From Candidatus Micrarchaeota archaeon (GTDB lineage: Archaea > Micrarchaeota > Micrarchaeia > Norongarragalinales > SBBD01): a DNA stretch of 64,000 nucleotides. The position numbers and the translations under genes are program-made. Of the stretch, positions 18,501-27,851 are shown piece by piece. The notes under the pieces were generated by a model that saw only the letters and a list, made by a program, of their open reading frames with translations, searched no databases and was not told the DNA's origin. Positions within the stretch are counted from its first letter, which is position 1; each line of letters begins with the position of its first letter. Location of the stretch: positions 1 to 64,000 of the forward strand of contig JAHJQN010000005.1 in NCBI GenBank assembly GCA_018819225.1, in the 5' to 3' direction.

Positions 18501-21500
18501 TTCTGTCCAGGGAATGAAGACTGCGGGAATCCGAGGCCCGGAATTTGGCCAGTGGTCACGCTGCCGTCCCGATTAATGTAGAACTTGTACGCTGACGAAG
18601 CCGCAATGTCTTGTCCTCTTCCCGGATAATCGAAGTAGCCAAGTAATGGACGCGCCAGATGTTGTGCAAAGCGCTTCGCGAAATAGCGGGGGTTGCGGTA
18701 ACGGCATAATCCGGCTTCGTGTCCAACGGTAATGGATCCCGTTACCCCTGAACGCGTGCCGTCGGAATACAGGAAGACGCCGGGCTCGTTGAACGAGTGA
18801 GTGAACGATTTACCGGGCTGGATATTACCGCTATTGAACAATCCGTTTTGACGCGACACAACGGATCGATCCGTATTATCCAAGTTGATCCACGTGACTT
18901 CGCCGCCGATGATCACGTTCTTGTTCTGCGGCCGGAAACCTGTAGACGTAATGAGAATGGTGGCCGACAGATCGTAGTCATCCCACGCGCGAGCGGGTCC
19001 GTAAACTTTTACTACCCGCGTCAAACTCGGGCGGACGCGCTTGCGGATGTATAAACGGCCCGTGTGAATGAGCGTGTCATCGGAGGATGAGAACGTCAGA
19101 ACGTCTTCATTAGAAAGTGATTCGTAATTGGAGAAGGATAGAGCACTGTAATCTCCTCGATACACGTTGCCTTGACGGCAAGCCGGATTGTAGGAATCGT
19201 ATACGGGGCATTGCGGATTGTAATTGCCGCCTCCGCCGTACGGGTTCCCATAACCATATTGATTAGCGCATGCAGGGTTCTGGGGGTCGTAGTTCGTGCA
19301 GTACGGATCGTATCCTCCACCTTCATCTTCAGGAATCACGGGTTCTTCCGTGTAGAACGGGTGATCGGAATAATCCGCTGACAAGCGAATCACTTTTCCT
19401 TCCTCCAGCGTTTCGTCGCATTCCTGGGAAAGGAAGAACAATTGCATGCGCGCGTCCGAATTGGAGTCGCTGCTGATGACCTCACAATTCGTGATGTCTC
19501 CCAAGCCGTCATCCTCGTTCAAGGAATAGGTTTGTTCCCAGCGAAGCTGGTCATCCAAATGAACTTCAATAACCGTTGGGAGCGCTGGCCATTGCATCTT
19601 GGCTTGGCAAACCCCGTTTTCATCACAGTAGTTGTTTGAATCATCGCAGAGATCATTGGATGAGCACTCGGGCTTGACGCACTGGTTTGACGTCGGGTCG
19701 CAATACCAGCCGTCGAATACGCAGTCGTTATCGTTTTGACATAAGAGGGGCTCGCACAAGCGGGGGTGCTCTTCCCTACAAACATAGCCGTCGAAACCTA
19801 AGGCATCGCATTCGGAATTGCTCGTGCATTGCGGGGTATAACAGCTCACTGTTTCGGTATTGCAGAGTTGCGTACCAGGACACGCGTCGATTTCATCGCA
19901 AGTCTTCTGGACGCAAATGTGGTTTTCGCACTTCCATTTGGAGGGATCGCTTCCGCAGTCTGCAGGGAAGTTGCAGGTTTGTTCGACTTCGCCTTCAATG
20001 CAGCGTCCATTAGCGCAAACGTACGGGTCTTGGCACAAGAGCTCGCCGCCAGACGGACAACATAATTCCCCAATGTCTCCGCAGATCGTGGGCGCAACGC
20101 AGCATTCCGTGTCATCGCATCCTTGCGCTACTCGAGCAGGGTCGCACGTTAAACCAAGAGGGCATTCGACTTCCGCGCAACTCGTGGGAAGAGGATCCAG
20201 ACAAACGTTGTTTCGGCACTCGAGATCGTTAAAGCAGGGCAGGCTGGGCGGGAACACGCAGCACGTTTGGCTGTCGTGACCGCAGTTCGGGTCAACGGCC
20301 ACGCAAGATGCTCGTCCGCCTTGAATGACGCAGTATTCGAGGTCGGGATCGCAGTTCGGGCACTCCACGGGAGGCGCGGCGCACTCGAATTCAGAGAGCG
20401 CGCAACCCATTTGCAAATCGGAACTGCGGAGACAGCAGACTTCCGTGTCCGTGCAGACCTCGTCTTCGCAAACGATGCCGTTACCGCACGTGTTCGTCTG
20501 CAGATCGCATTGCAAGTATCCGTAACACCGGTCGCCTTCGCAGCACGCTTGGCCTGTATCCCCGCATTGCGGAATATCCGCGCATACCAATTCGATGGAG
20601 TCGCAGTATTGACCGTCTGCACAGGAAAGGTCTTCGCAGGTCTTGAGGCGGCAAATATTTCCTGATTCCGTGTCGCACATATAGCGTTGATCATTGTATT
20701 GTGCTTGACAAAACGCGTCGTTCGTGCAGGGTTCGGGTCCGGGCATGTAACATGAACTGTTGTCAATATTGCAGGTTTCTCCTTCCGGACAATCCTCGTT
20801 CGAATCGCACGTCGTCGGTAAATCATTGCAAGCCACTTGAACGGATACGGTTTCCTGATCGCTTTGTCCGTTGGGCAGAGTCGCACTAAATCCTAGGTTG
20901 CAGGCACTTCCTCGTCGCACAGGCATGACTTGAAGCGCTTTCGTTTTTTGTTTGTTTAAGCGAATCGTCCAAGACGTATCCGACGTTTGAGTGGTTTCGG
21001 AATCCGGTAATAATTGCACGCAATTCGACGTTGCGAACACCGTTATTTCGGCATTCAATAAATTCGTGATATCGAGGGTGGCTCCGCTGCAGGTAACATA
21101 GAGAGAGCTAGTGGAAAGTTCCATGAAGTCCGAGATTTCGACGTTTACTATAGAGGAAGCGGACCGGAACCCTTCGCGGGACGCGTGAACGCTAAATGTT
21201 CCGGATCCGTACGGATGCACGCTGCGGAACCGGTACAAGCCGTTTTCGCCTAAATCCGGCGAGTTGTCTCCGACGATGGATGGAGGCATCGCGCCTTCGA
21301 ATACCATGCCCTCTTCTTCTTCAATGGAAAGCACTGCATCCACCATGGGGGACTCGTCGATCGCGTTCGTGACCGTGGCCACCAGATTCGTGTCCTGGTT
21401 TCCGGGAAGTGATTCCGGATTAATGCGCAAGGTCAGCACGCCGGTTCCTTGAATCACGACCGAACCTTCCATGCGCTGGACTTCCCCGCTGCCGTCGCCG

Positions 21501-24268
21501 AAAAGGACTTCCACGTTTGAGTACGGCGTGGGAATCGTGCCTTTCATGCGGATGCTGCCTTCAGCAGTCTCCCCTTCATCCAAATGAGATAATTGAATCG
21601 TGACATCGTTTCGTCCTTGCGCGTCGCCGGTTGCGGGAGGCAAGTTTTCGCTTTCCACGAGGTACTCGAACAACTGCACTTCATCGTCCACGCTGATTTT
21701 GATCCACGGGGAATCCTGGAACGGCTCTAAAGCGCGCACGCTGAAATAACTGTTGAACGCGCTGCCGAGATCGGCCGTGTACGAGCGGGACATGCGCGGC
21801 GCACCGTCGTTTTCAGCGAACTGGAGCGACATGCAGGAACGCGATGTGCAAACGAAGTTTCCGGTATTAATGTCGTAGCGCTGAACGAAGGCTTCCGCGT
21901 AACACGAGTCCTTGGACGGAATGCTTTCCGCTTGTTCGAGTTCCGTATCTTCTGGCGTGCGGAAGTAAATGCCGCCCTTGGAAGCGTAACCGCGGTAATG
22001 CAAGGAAATGGCGTCCTGCGCAGACGCATTCGGAGTAATAAAGAATTTGACTTTGAAGCTCTTGCCGCCAATTTCGTTTACGAATTTCGCATCCACCCAT
22101 TTGATCGCACGCGAGGAATACTGTTCTTCTGCAACCGTATCGACGGAGCAATCGCCGCCAGGAGTATACGTGGAAGCGGACGTGATTGACGCCGTGGGAG
22201 GCGCGTCAACGTTTCGAATGAACGCAATATCATCTGCGGCGGGATACCCGAGTCCTTCCACTCGCGCAAAGAATCCGCCTTCCTCGGAACCCGGCGGAAT
22301 GTTGAGGGAGAATTTCGCGACGTAGAAAGAAGCGCGACTCAGCGAGGAAAGGTTTTTTGAATAGAGTTGTTCGCTGGAGTCCGCGAGACGCACGCCCTCG
22401 AAATCGACGCGCAATTCATTCGCGAGCGCTTCCGGCAATAACGCCACGTCAACGGAAAACGTTCCTTCGGCTTCGACAACGAGTGCCTCCGATTCCTTGG
22501 AAACGTATCCGTCCGCGGTCACCAGGAGATAGATTTCCATGTTCGCGGGAACTTTCAGCAAGCATTCGATGTCCGTAGTACATTCGCCGACGAGTTCGTT
22601 GCCGCGCTTGACGAACGCCTGGACATTCGCCGTAATATTCTCGTCATTGGTTTGATCCGACGCGTATACGAGCAAGAATCCCGTGGGTCGCTCCAAGTTA
22701 ATGGTGATCCGTTTCACGTCCCCGACATCGATCGTAAAATCAGAGGAAGTGCCCGCCACCGGAGGCTTGGAGGCCACCGCGCGGTATAACGGCTCGACAT
22801 CCAATTGGTAAAAGGAAGCCACGCCGTCTTCCATGGAATACGCGTCCGGAACGCCGATGAAGAATCCTTCGCCGTCCATCAAAGCCACTTTCGCGCCTTC
22901 CACGCGATTCGAGTCTGCATCGAGCACTTGAACCTCCAAATCCCCGTTGTTGCCCTCGACAGCGGAAAACATGGTGACCGTGACGTCGTCGCCTGCACTC
23001 AATTCCGACTCGCGGGCCGCCAAATAGCCATCCCGATACAAGGTCGCGTAAACCGTTCGATCCGTCGTAAACACGACTTCTCCGGTCTCATCCGTTTTCT
23101 TATCCGCGAGCTTGGCGTTGGTTTCCTGGTTGTAAATAGTGACGTGCACGTTTTCCAAGAAGGATTCGTCGTCGTAATCCATGGCGCGAACGACGAGATC
23201 GTAATTGACGCCTTCTTCTTTCTCTAGAAGGGTCACGTGAAACTCGAGCACGTCGTCCACGCGCAGCTTGGCGGCATCGGCACTGCCGTCATACGGCAGG
23301 TATTGTTCTTCGAGCGGGTCCACGACCACGTACACGAATGCCCCAACCGCATCCACTTCCCCAAACCGGACTTTACCGGATTCGTACGTGCGTTGAACAT
23401 CCATTTCCGAATCCGACTCGGCTAGATACAAATAGACTTTCGCGTCGACGGGTTCGCCCGACTCATCCGTGACTTCCACTGCGACCGTGCCTTTCGGCGG
23501 CACGCGTCCCCCGTCATCCGGAGGCAACGTGCGCGTGCTTTGCAAGTGAACGGTCAACGTACGCTGCGCGGAAACCAGAATGGTTCCCGAATACTCCTGG
23601 AATCCATCCTTCGAAATCGTGAAACTCAGCGAGGATTCGCCGCTGGCCGCCGAGAGTTTGGCGACCCCGTTCGCATCCGTCGTGGCTTGCTTGTACTCGC
23701 CGGACGCGGAATCAAAATACGATATTTGCACGCCGCCCAACGGAATCCCGTTCTCCTCCACGACTTTCAAGGTCACTCGCTGCGATTGCGGTTCCGATTC
23801 CAAGCCCTGCAGGCTCGCGGTAATGCGCTGAACGCCTTTTCCGATCACGAACGTTTTCACGAAGGTCTCGAAGCCATCCTGTTCAACGCGCAACGTCGCC
23901 TTTTTTCCGACGGGTACGCCTTCAAATAAAGCGAATCCGTCCTTATCGGATTGAACCGTCGCGAACTCCTCCCCTTCCAATAATAGGGTGACGGGTATGT
24001 TGGCTAACGGTTGATCGCCGGATTGGACTAATACGCGAAGATTCGTATTGCCGGGGAATAACGTGATGAGCGCTACCGCTAGGGCACTGAACATGATCAA
24101 CACAAGCAGGATAGCCACCGGGAAGGAGGGGACGCCGTTGCTTTCAATGGGCGTCACGAATTTGTCGTAGACCGGAAGGCCCACGTTGTTTTCCATATAG
24201 TCGCAAAACGCGTAGTACTTGTCCTCTATCTTGAAATAGAGGTCTTTCAGGCTTTCCACGAGACCCAT
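15548..24268 (-). CDS. Giant (2906 aa) membrane-anchored surface protein: carboxypeptidase-regulatory-like repeats, Cys-rich array, cupredoxin-like domain
   Basis: N-terminal TM anchor; repeated T(D/N)..G.A.F beta-sandwich units; about 400-aa Cys-rich tract; Pro-rich linker. Confidence 0.9.
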   Translation of the reverse strand: MGLVESLKDLYFKIEDKYYAFCDYMENNVGLPVYDKFVTPIESNGVPSFPVAILLVLIMFSALAVALITLFPGNTNLRVLVQSGDQPLANIPVTLLLEGEEFATVQSDKDGFALFEGVPVGKKATLRVEQDGFETFVKTFVIGKGVQRITASLQGLESEPQSQRVTLKVVEENGIPLGGVQISYFDSASGEYKQATTDANGVAKLSAASGESSLSFTISKDGFQEYSGTILVSAQRTLTVHLQSTRTLPPDDGGRVPPKGTVAVEVTDESGEPVDAKVYLYLAESDSEMDVQRTYESGKVRFGEVDAVGAFVYVVVDPLEEQYLPYDGSADAAKLRVDDVLEFHVTLLEKEEGVNYDLVVRAMDYDDESFLENVHVTIYNQETNAKLADKKTDETGEVVFTTDRTVYATLYRDGYLAARESELSAGDDVTVTMFSAVEGNNGDLEVQVLDADSNRVEGAKVALMDGEGFFIGVPDAYSMEDGVASFYQLDVEPLYRAVASKPPVAGTSSDFTIDVGDVKRITINLERPTGFLLVYASDQTNDENITANVQAFVKRGNELVGECTTDIECLLKVPANMEIYLLVTADGYVSKESEALVVEAEGTFSVDVALLPEALANELRVDFEGVRLADSSEQLYSKNLSSLSRASFYVAKFSLNIPPGSEEGGFFARVEGLGYPAADDIAFIRNVDAPPTASITSASTYTPGGDCSVDTVAEEQYSSRAIKWVDAKFVNEIGGKSFKVKFFITPNASAQDAISLHYRGYASKGGIYFRTPEDTELEQAESIPSKDSCYAEAFVQRYDINTGNFVCTSRSCMSLQFAENDGAPRMSRSYTADLGSAFNSYFSVRALEPFQDSPWIKISVDDEVQLFEYLVESENLPPATGDAQGRNDVTIQLSHLDEGETAEGSIRMKGTIPTPYSNVEVLFGDGSGEVQRMEGSVVIQGTGVLTLRINPESLPGNQDTNLVATVTNAIDESPMVDAVLSIEEEEGMVFEGAMPPSIVGDNSPDLGENGLYRFRSVHPYGSGTFSVHASREGFRSASSIVNVEISDFMELSTSSLYVTCSGATLDITNLLNAEITVFATSNCVQLLPDSETTQTSDTSWTIRLNKQKTKALQVMPVRRGSACNLGFSATLPNGQSDQETVSVQVACNDLPTTCDSNEDCPEGETCNIDNSSCYMPGPEPCTNDAFCQAQYNDQRYMCDTESGNICRLKTCEDLSCADGQYCDSIELVCADIPQCGDTGQACCEGDRCYGYLQCDLQTNTCGNGIVCEDEVCTDTEVCCLRSSDLQMGCALSEFECAAPPVECPNCDPDLEYCVIQGGRASCVAVDPNCGHDSQTCCVFPPSLPCFNDLECRNNVCLDPLPTSCAEVECPLGLTCDPARVAQGCDDTECCVAPTICGDIGELCCPSGGELLCQDPYVCANGRCIEGEVEQTCNFPADCGSDPSKWKCENHICVQKTCDEIDACPGTQLCNTETVSCYTPQCTSNSECDALGFDGYVCREEHPRLCEPLLCQNDNDCVFDGWYCDPTSNQCVKPECSSNDLCDDSNNYCDENGVCQAKMQWPALPTVIEVHLDDQLRWEQTYSLNEDDGLGDITNCEVISSDSNSDARMQLFFLSQECDETLEEGKVIRLSADYSDHPFYTEEPVIPEDEGGGYDPYCTNYDPQNPACANQYGYGNPYGGGGNYNPQCPVYDSYNPACRQGNVYRGDYSALSFSNYESLSNEDVLTFSSSDDTLIHTGRLYIRKRVRPSLTRVVKVYGPARAWDDYDLSATILITSTGFRPQNKNVIIGGEVTWINLDNTDRSVVSRQNGLFNSGNIQPGKSFTHSFNEPGVFLYSDGTRSGVTGSITVGHEAGLCRYRNPRYFAKRFAQHLARPLLGYFDYPGRGQDIAASSAYKFYINRDGSVTTGQIPGLGFPQSSFPGQNPWNQQYNPFGQPAQQYFNQNPAGNSFGQFAPDPGLCTPSGSTYNCKIPINPLLPVNGVAFTIINDFALMTGSPSQLQVSGGSKTECLRGVYVDRSGASGVLVGLVQELSEFIGIAPRYSTFILLLKPECVDYYVEGNELKLKFKGDGERLHQELQMAMVGLTVSPFTMNLDFEIDNDVSAAKYALQVVPASSEVFVRLFDEDPGAKEPVFVVNNIPKSIVRIDSQEAKNLKPDSGKNKVLYLPGIAGSNVPYQFESKMGKTGDIAQGTIRVPPNNLPDPRASFDVIGNAPKGSGTTCWENNFCSVEDFSSVNSRVRSDILDSMKVQEIDFNTFGDATAEAIARALVATLADYVTDQAQFRSCGGTRAILDVCNSRGSNPYENDWCYEGEHCDDSIDGNEIWSVFANEFEAGLCDTQIYNQLDGLLQTRNYGLLHQLIFQKLSSIVGMGPTRMNTKPIVDLRDYKISVLYKRAADGTDSQGFVLMDYPLISPGSSQDKAGFMSLEQWVQSSNRDETEEEITNPWSHEDVTYIPDSSNTVTDDGMRAIRKEGSREAPWYPFLYNENDDISIRFTDGLSLATVNKYPINKEKDELGLLTSDIPHIPASENDGRAVKLVSCYMDFEDKGDGGVVAKTSTRDKSCPADVVSKWDDLTKVDELCREDVCTDGEFDYSLSTTIRIDRDRKTMYAIAAGKVIGGTDYSTQSLADLKMLFKYIMDETNASVKNIFGEKTPPGDQKVETPEAPGGPPEALLAPPESPPVPSTPPAPEEPPSQQEPPQSTPTFHDFPQSAPAITGVIKNIWVMDPEKIIEGGKDKFKVKCENGALKSDDPAVKKPDGVLEVPKDNRMCITVDLDTTKMNELFRQLRSTTPGMGPVVNTYVYAFAFEQSKLSVTQSDVLTSSANKLKPGRKVETGKDPFGRFFIDYSQISSKFGANGKKLYIAVRGWDAQGNSVGFGRFWYDINKQGQAVQRTPFRGVIKLKPGS

Positions 24269-24400
24269 AGCATCACGTTAACAGCTAAGTCTGCATAGTA
24301 ATAAAAGGTTTTGTTTCTCCGGAAACATTTCTCGACGATTTTCGATTCAAAAAAAAGGGAAAACGCGAGCGTTAAAAACCCCACTTTCCTAACGGATTTC

Positions 24401-24820
24401 ATGGCAACGGACGTTTTAGCCGGACAGGAATCCGTATGGGATGCCGTGCTCGTACTGCTATCCCTGGTATTGCTTTACTTAATTTGGTCCCGGCGAATCT
24501 TCGAGTTTCGCTCGCGACCGCACGCGCTCGCCAGAAAAAAAAAGGCGTTTAAAAGCTTGCAGGAGAAAGCCGCTTTCGAAATCGATGAACTGAAAAACAA
24601 GCGCAAGGAAGTCATGGGCAAAGTCGCGGAATCCCGGAAAAAGTACATGAAAGGGAACTTGAATTACCCGACGTACATGGATTTGAGCCGTCGGTACGAT
24701 GCCGAGCTCGTCGAACTGGACGCGCAACTATCCGCCTTATCCGAGATCGCCGGAGGAAAGAAAGGAAAAAGGGGATTGAGCAGCGGCATCTTAAAGGAAA
24801 TGCTCTCCGATGATGCCTGA
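24401..24820 (+). CDS. Hypothetical single-TM coiled-coil protein
   Basis: TM segment AVLVLLSLVLLYLIW followed by charged helices. Confidence 0.7.
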   Translation: MATDVLAGQESVWDAVLVLLSLVLLYLIWSRRIFEFRSRPHALARKKKAFKSLQEKAAFEIDELKNKRKEVMGKVAESRKKYMKGNLNYPTYMDLSRRYDAELVELDAQLSALSEIAGGKKGKRGLSSGILKEMLSDDA

Positions 24821-24890
24821 ATGAGTTGAGCGCATCCGTGAAAAACATGCAATAAAAAAGGGGCACGTGCATAGATAACGTGAGACGAAG

Positions 24891-25754
24891 ATGGCCCAAC
24901 TCATCGACGGAAAAAAAGTCGCGGAACGCGTGATCGCCGAAGTGCAAGCGGAAGTGAAAACGCTGAAGAAGAACGGCGTGGTGCCGACACTGGCCGTCGT
25001 GCTCGTCGGAAACGATCCGGCTTCCCGCATTTACGTATCCAATAAAGAAAGGAAAGCGAAGCAAATCGGCATTGAAACCCGCGAGCACGTTTTGCCGGAG
25101 TCCACGAGCGAAAGCGAATTACTCGTTCTCGTCGACCAATTGAATCGCGATAACAAAGTGAGCGGAATTCTCGTGCAATTCCCGTTGCCGAAACACATGA
25201 ATGAAGATCACGTACGGGAAGCCATTGCGCCGGAAAAGGACGTGGACGGATTGCACCCCGTGAACCAAGGAAAACTGCTTTCCGGAGATGAAACGCTGGT
25301 GCCGTGTACGCCGCGCGGAATCATTCGCTTGCTCGACGAATACCACATTGAATTGAAGGGAAAACACGCCGTCGTGATCGGAAGGAGCGCGCTCGTCGGC
25401 AAACCGTTGGCGCATTTACTGCTCAACCGGCATGCCACGGTCACGTTATGTCACTCGCGCACGCGACACCTGCACGAAATGGCTGCTCAAGCGGACCTAT
25501 TATGCGTCGCCGTCGGAAAATCAAGGCTCGTGAAAGAGAATTTCATCAAAAAAGGAGCGGTGGTGATCGACATAGGTATCAACCGCATCACCGAAAACGG
25601 GAAAATCAAGGTCGTGGGCGACGTGGATTTCGAGCCGGCAGAGAAAAAAGCCTCGTTCATTACGCCGGTGCCGGGAGGAGTCGGGCCCATGACGATCGCC
25701 ATGCTGTTGCTCAATACGGTGAACGCCGCAAAAAAGCAAGCGATGCCGCGTTAA
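24891..25754 (+). CDS. folD: Methylenetetrahydrofolate dehydrogenase/cyclohydrolase
   Basis: KDVDGLHP, PCTPRG, GRSALVGKP and TPVPGGVGPMT motifs. Confidence 0.97.
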   Translation: MAQLIDGKKVAERVIAEVQAEVKTLKKNGVVPTLAVVLVGNDPASRIYVSNKERKAKQIGIETREHVLPESTSESELLVLVDQLNRDNKVSGILVQFPLPKHMNEDHVREAIAPEKDVDGLHPVNQGKLLSGDETLVPCTPRGIIRLLDEYHIELKGKHAVVIGRSALVGKPLAHLLLNRHATVTLCHSRTRHLHEMAAQADLLCVAVGKSRLVKENFIKKGAVVIDIGINRITENGKIKVVGDVDFEPAEKKASFITPVPGGVGPMTIAMLLLNTVNAAKKQAMPR

Positions 25755-26575
25755 ATTTGAGTCGGAGGGCACGCGCCCTCCAACGCGCAAACGAATTTCT
25801 TGTGGACACGGGTATTGCTGGCGGCCAAACCGAACTTGCGCTTGCTCAAATCCACGTTGGAACCATCCAAGTGCGTGGCCTTTCCGCCGGCCTCCTGAAT
25901 CATCAGCAACCCGGCGCTCGCGTCCCAAATGAAAATAGAGTTGCTAAAGAACGCGTCGTACCTCCCGGCGGCCACGAAACACAAATCAATGGCCACGCTG
26001 CCCAGCGAACGAAGACGATGATGCAACGCAATCGGTTCTTCCACTACCAAGCTCTTTTCCACCAACGATTTGTCGGGTTGGCGTTCCACGGCAACCACCA
26101 AATCGTAAAAACGCTGTTTTCGGGATACGTGAATGCGTTTATTGTTTAGAAACGCGCCTTGACCGGCTTCCGCAACAAAGAGTTCGTCAAGCATCGGCAG
26201 GTACACGCCAGCGATTTCCACCTCATTATTACGCTGCAGCCCAATGGAAGTGCAGAAAATAGGGTTATTGTGCGCGAAATTGGATGTCCCGTCAATAGGA
26301 TCGACGACCCACGTGTACACCTCATCGGATTTGGGTTGCTTGAACGGTTGGCGTCCCCAATGTCGGGTGTAGCCGCTTTCCTCGCACAAGAAATGGTGAT
26401 CAAGTCCCGCATCCTTTACCCGCTGGAACACCAGTTTTTCCACGGCGTGATCCGCGTCCGTGACCACGTCCCGAACCCCCTTGATTCGAACGTGCTTTTC
26501 CAAATAGAATCGTTCCCGCAACAACTCCCCGCTCTCGCGCAGAATGGAATTCAGCAAGTGCTTATGCGGGTGCAT
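25751..26575 (-). CDS. suhB: Inositol monophosphatase family protein
   Basis: VTDAD, EE, WVVDPIDGTSNF and WDASAG motifs. Confidence 0.93.
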   Translation of the reverse strand: MHPHKHLLNSILRESGELLRERFYLEKHVRIKGVRDVVTDADHAVEKLVFQRVKDAGLDHHFLCEESGYTRHWGRQPFKQPKSDEVYTWVVDPIDGTSNFAHNNPIFCTSIGLQRNNEVEIAGVYLPMLDELFVAEAGQGAFLNNKRIHVSRKQRFYDLVVAVERQPDKSLVEKSLVVEEPIALHHRLRSLGSVAIDLCFVAAGRYDAFFSNSIFIWDASAGLLMIQEAGGKATHLDGSNVDLSKRKFGLAASNTRVHKKFVCALEGACPPTQI

Positions 26576-26705
26576 GACGCGGTTAGATCACCAAGTTTTA
26601 AAATCCTTTGAGTTAAAAGCATGAAAAGCGGGAAAATTCAAGCAAAGCTTATTAAGGCTTACTCGTCTAATCAGCAAACAAAGAAGCTCAATTTAGGTGA
26701 TTGGT

Positions 26706-27071
26706 ATGGGAGTCTTCTCTTCAATGAGCCGGGCGCTCGGATTCACGAAAGACATTAATGTAGAAGAATTCATGACAGCCGCCGAAGCGGAAGAAGTCGA
26801 CATCATGCATCAGTCGGCCGACTTTTACGTCAAGCCGATTGCATTGCAGAACGATTCGGACGTGAAAGCCGTGCAGGAAGAGCTCAACCAGAAAAACATC
26901 GTGCTCCTCAACTTTTCGCCCATCATGCGCAACCCCACGAAGCTCAAGGCCGTCGTAGGCGAACTCAAGTCGTTCACCAACGGCATCAACGGAGACATCG
27001 CGCGCATTGATGAGGACAAGATCTTGCTGACGCCTTCAAACGTCAAGATCGTCAAGAAGCGCAAGGGTTAG
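26706..27071 (+). CDS. sepF: Cell division protein SepF (archaeal)
   Basis: NIVLLN...GDIARI...ILLTPSNVKI C-terminal SepF signature. Confidence 0.85.
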   Translation: MGVFSSMSRALGFTKDINVEEFMTAAEAEEVDIMHQSADFYVKPIALQNDSDVKAVQEELNQKNIVLLNFSPIMRNPTKLKAVVGELKSFTNGINGDIARIDEDKILLTPSNVKIVKKRKG

Positions 27072-27098
27072 AAAAAAACCCGTCCGTTTTCTTTTCAT

Positions 27099-27713
27099 TC
27101 ATTTTTCTTGCGCGAGCTGTTTTCCGAAGAAGGGCTTGATGTGCAGTTGGCCCTTGGACTTCCCGGCCGGCTTAATGGCGGTTTTGTGAGACGAACGCGT
27201 TTTCTTCTGGGACCGCGGCAAGTGCCGCTTCAAGAACCGCGTCAATTGATCGATCGCTTCATTCGTGATCACGAGATTGTAATTGATTTTCGGCAAATCC
27301 AGTTGCTCCTGCTCGCTGAACGCCGTAAAAAGAATGAAATGCCCTAAATCCGTGAGCATGACAAAATACGGAGGAACTTTCGGATCGGAAAGGTGCTTGA
27401 CGCCTTCAAACACGCGGGGCGAGCGCGTGTTCAACGCCAACCAATCCGCTGCCCCTTCCCCGAAAGAAAGCGTGGTCACCGCCAGAGCGCTCTTCGGGAT
27501 ATGCCGCTGGAAATAAGAATAAAGGGAATGATCAATGACCCCCAAAAACAATCCCTCCAACGGCTGATCGAACAAAACCAGTTTCACGGAAATGGGTTTG
27601 CCGATGTAGCGCGAATACAGCAAACGCGTATTCAAGACGAGCGGATAATAGAAATCGTCTTCTTCCGAGAACAGTTTGGGGTAACGCTGCTTGTGAACCA
27701 GAAACAGTTCCAT
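27099..27713 (-). CDS. Hypothetical protein
   Basis: 204-aa ORF filling the gap between sepF and nadA; GGGG RBS; basic tail. Confidence 0.65.
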   Translation of the reverse strand: MELFLVHKQRYPKLFSEEDDFYYPLVLNTRLLYSRYIGKPISVKLVLFDQPLEGLFLGVIDHSLYSYFQRHIPKSALAVTTLSFGEGAADWLALNTRSPRVFEGVKHLSDPKVPPYFVMLTDLGHFILFTAFSEQEQLDLPKINYNLVITNEAIDQLTRFLKRHLPRSQKKTRSSHKTAIKPAGKSKGQLHIKPFFGKQLAQEK

Positions 27714-27851
27714 AATTCAATCCCCCCACAAACCCTTTCCAACCACGATTTAAATAGATTTGCACGCCCTCCATCGGCAATGAGCGTACGACGACCTATT
27801 TTAAAATTTAAATGACCAGAAATAGAAATGCGGATCTCCGGGTGAGAGGAA

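Noticed and set aside
15602-23929. Numerous ORFs overlapping the 2906-aa gene
   Set aside because: Antisense or out-of-frame shadows caused by codon bias.
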